DNA of 35,892 nucleotides from Sphacelaria rigidula (lineage: Eukaryota): contig CAXNAA020000021.1 of the NCBI GenBank assembly GCA_964200075.2, positions 1-35,892 of the forward strand. The letters run 5' to 3'. The position numbers were made by a program, and so were the translations under genes. Below the pieces are notes generated by a model that was not told where the DNA came from, made no database searches, and was given only the letters and a program-made list of their open reading frames with translations. The first letter of the stretch is position 1. Each line of letters begins with the position of its first letter. This document shows positions 32,601 through 35,892 of this stretch, in pieces.

Positions 32601-34550
32601 GCGTTACCGTTTTTTCACATGAATCACGATGCCAGAGGGTCGTGACACGCACTGTTTGTCCGATCGGGGCAGGTTTCAATAAATTGGAGGAAACGTTTCG
32701 CTGTTCATGCACCCGTTCCGACATGACAAGAGCAGCACAGTCTCGTCACCGTGTATGCAGGGGACTTCAACACCCCTCCCCAAGTCTGGTGCTCGCGGAT
32801 CATGAGTCACATCAAAAGGTCACACAGCTCAGGATCTGACAACAACTGCTATGCAGCAGAAATCGCACCACATAGTACGATACCCGAAGTCGACGAAGCA
32901 ATAGACGAATGGAACTCCGTCATAGTTCTTCGCCGATACGGCATGAACCGACATCTTCCATCCTTTGATCGTCTGCTATATTGTCGCATGCACTGCACTG
33001 TCAATCAACTCACGCCATATGGATACAAGCACACGAGGTGCGATTTAACCTCGGACAGACTACTTTGAAGAGCCACCTTCAATTCCCCCCTCTTCGGAAC
33101 AATGCTGGGATTTTCAGATAAGTCGAGCGGTACCGGCAGCACGTGTAGGCATTGGCAGGGAAAACCCATGTAATACCGCTGCTAGGGGAAGTTATCGGTT
33201 GCCACCGAGGGCAGGTCTTACCTGCGTCTTTTTCGACACATCGGCGTGCGCACGCACAAAGCTTATGTAAAACAATCGTTCTTCAGTAAAAAAAAGGTTT
33301 TGGTTGTCGATGATCTAGCACAATGTATTGCAAATATCTCCCATCCGAGGGATACTTGCAGGTAACGACTTGTGCGAATGTTCGGCCCCGCAAGTGGTTC
33401 ACCACCGACTAGTTGCACATGTTCCTCCTCCAGTACTTGCTTACAGCCGTACCCCAACCTAACCCCTCGGGTAGTGATCTGCTGTTTACAGGTAAGTAGG
33501 TACCTGAACCTCTCGTTCAGTTCTCGCGTACAGACAACTAGTTGCGTACGCTAGATGCTCACGTAATTTACCCAGGAGCAGGTTGGACTACTCGAAGGTG
33601 AACTTTGATCTGAGCCGACGAGTTATGGAATCCTACCTCTCTCCTGCACCGATTGTTGGCCACGAAAAAACCCGTTGGCACGGTTACGCGGAGGCCCTCT
33701 CACCTCCTGTCGTGTCAGTCCTGCCGTCACCCTCGTCACCGACCGCCCGTTTAGATCCGCTAGCAGCATCCATCATGACGCGAGGGATGACCGCACTCGC
33801 TGTCTCACCCGGGAGGTATGTGATGCAAAGAATCTGATGTACTCCTCGTAGGTGGACGCTCCGTTGCGATGCTTTCACCGTCGCATAGACCTTACAGCAG
33901 ACGGCGAACAGGGTGGGTCGTCCCGGCGAGGTCAGCACAACACGGAATGATGAATATTCACAGCCTTTACCGCCTGACATGCTGAACTGGTGAAGAGTTG
34001 GAATACGGGTGACGCCAGTTCACGGCAACCTTGTCATGAACGAAACAAATTACGACCACGGAAGGCGCAAGTTGCGAGCAGGAGTGTACGTTACCAATTA
34101 CTGGTAGTCGGTGGTCAGTTACAAAACCCGCGCTGAGGTCAAGTCTGCCAGGAAATGACTTTGTGGCCTTTTAGGGGATTATGTTTCCAAACGTATGTGT
34201 ATTCGTTGCATCGTCATTTGATTATATGCATGCCGTACCCACGCAAACCGCCTACTAAATACGCCTCGCCGCCCAGCTGTTCGGCGTCAGCCTTGCAGGT
34301 GATGATATCTTCATACATGCAATACCTACTGTTGGTGAGAACGCCGCCATTACCCCGTCCGAGATTCGACTGTCGATACCTTCCTACCATTGTGGTACCG
34401 CATAGTATTGGGTTAGCCATCCTACACCGCATCGACTTGCGTAAACTTTCCTTGTTACTCACGTCATTCACGGTGTCACCAGTAAAATGGTACCGTACGG
34501 TTCATACCATGATCCCAATGTGATGGTCACCTACCCACGTGATGTGTGTA

Positions 34551-34732
34551 GGGGGGGGGGGGGGGGGGGGGGGCCCCTTGAAGCAGATTACGGGCGCGAA
34601 AGCTAGCACCACACGGCGTTTTTTAATCCCAATCCCCAATCGCTTCTGGGNNNNNNNNNNTAGTGTTCACAACATTATGTTTCTGCTTAATGCATATCGT
34701 GTTCTCGTTATCGTCGCCGTCCTGGGGGGGGT

Positions 34733-34764
<32 letters not shown>

Positions 34765-34844
34765 AGTCCGCTTGAAGCAGATTACGGTCGCGATAGCTAG
34801 CACCACACGGCGTTGTTTAATCCACATCTCCAATCGCTTCTGGG
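34551..34844. other. Scaffold gap (N 34651-34660) with duplicated poly-G plus 74-bp flank
   Basis: CTTGAAGCAGATTACGG...CGCTTCTGGG occurs at 34577-34650 and 34771-34844, each preceded by poly-G. Confidence 0.85.
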
Positions 34845-35535
34845 CAACACTATAACGCCACACCGGCAACCGGAACCGAGCCTTCTGGTGACTTGTGGAT
34901 AGGAAGAACGCTGTTTCAGCCAAACATGTTTTGAGTAGAGCGTCAAGAGAGTATCACCAGTTGGTCGGAAACAACGGCTGTGACTTGGTTTTGGTGTGAA
35001 CACCGATATTCAGATTTTGAATGAGCAAACACTCCTTGGTACTTCTAGCTCGTCCAGGGCGTGTTTTTGTCCGAAATCAGCGTCCCAGGCGCCGATTTAA
35101 GGTCTGCCAATGCACACATCACCTAGAATACCCTCTGCACTCCCTGTGTACTGCCGCATCTCCCCCGATTTGGGGGAGATGCGGGCGTCTAACGATCTGA
35201 GCAGAAAGGTTACAGACCAAAAGTCAACGTTCGGAGAATCGGAGAATTGATATGATTTCCTCGAAGCTAGCCGAAAACCATTGCCAAACGGACTGGGGTC
35301 CGAAAGATCAATCCACGCGAGAACATCGCCCGTAAACGGGCTGAAATCAACATATTTGTACAAATACGGGTTGGTTGCTATTCAAGATGGTCTCAGTAGT
35401 CTGCCATTAGTTTGACCGTGCGGGCAAATGCTTCGGATTGTATCAGAGCATCGCTGTCTAGGGTGCAACAGCGAACGCAGGGATGCTATGTTCATGTGAA
35501 CAGGTACACTGGGTGAACATGCACACGTACGGATA

Positions 35536-35611
35536 TAATTATGCGGATGTGCGGATACTGGTAGTCGAGTGTGTAATTATGCGGATGTGCGGGTACTGGT
35601 AGTCGAGTGTG
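35536..35611. repeat. 38-bp tandem duplication
   Basis: TAATTATGCGGATGTGCGG(A/G)TACTGGTAGTCGAGTGTG occurs twice with one mismatch. Confidence 0.95.
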
Positions 35612-35635
35612 TGTGACTACAGTATCCCACTCATG

Positions 35636-35719
35636 ACAGCTGCCGACTCACCCCAGTTCAACGATGATACCTAGCGCTCGCTCTGCAACACCGTTGAACT
35701 GGGGTGAGTCGGCAGTTGT
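35636..35719. ncRNA. Pre-miRNA-like hairpin (candidate)
   Basis: Perfect 24-bp inverted repeat (35640-35663 and 35692-35715), extendable by a G:U plus 3 bp outside and 2 bp inside, with a loop of about 22 nt. The hairpin is certain; the RNA function is inferred. Confidence 0.4.
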
Positions 35720-35892
35720 TTTCTCTTGCTTGATCTTTTCCCTGTCGCACAGTTCACCAAATGCCCCCTCCGAAAATTCACCCCCGTCATCGCTACGAAC
35801 TATCTCAACTTTTCTCGGAGAGGCCCATGCAATGTATTTCGTGAAGTATCTCTCTGCCTCATCCTTCTTACGGAGGAAATACAGCTTTGTGT

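Noticed and set aside
33570-33821. Possible + strand exon (CAG...GAG|GTATGT) encoding a Pro/Ser-rich peptide
   Set aside because: Splice-like signals exist, but there is no homology or neighbouring exon support, so it cannot be called.
34551-34844. Biological tandem duplication with G-quadruplex tracts
   Set aside because: The first copy ends exactly at the N gap and both follow poly-G, so this is most likely an unmerged contig overlap with low-quality bases.

Overview
This is eukaryotic, repeat-dominated DNA, and I cannot recognise any intact housekeeping gene in it. The W-P-A-S-L type FNIP repeats, interstitial TTAGGG, poly-G runs and tRNA-derived SINEs suggest a stramenopile, probably a brown alga (inference). 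From left to right: (1) The 3' end of a decayed Ty3/Gypsy LTR retrotransposon whose pol ends in a Tudor-like domain (RVRYEDGDWEEL) before the PPT and LTR, at about 650-1640. A second PPT+LTR follows at 2078-2282. (2) A 211-bp MITE with 40-bp TIRs and a TTAGGG core (5096-5306). (3) A non-coding host repeat split by three insertions: two related chromodomain-type Gypsy elements in tail-to-tail orientation (6509-11224 +, TSD TGCT; 11929-16690 -, TSD ACTC) and a tRNA-derived SINE between them. A paralogue at 26958-27860 lacks all three insertions and confirms the empty sites. Both LTR elements lack the RT core and RNase H and have a palindromic, non-tRNA-like PBS region; the second carries two integrase remnants of different ages. 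(4) A minus-strand FNIP-repeat gene or pseudogene with about 23 units of 22 aa in a higher-order, partly chimeric array (about 20235-22153). (5) More SINE and TIR-like repeats, a scaffold-gap duplication, and a pre-miRNA-like hairpin directly upstream of a splice acceptor (35636-35752). Most short ORFs in the track are antisense or chance ORFs.
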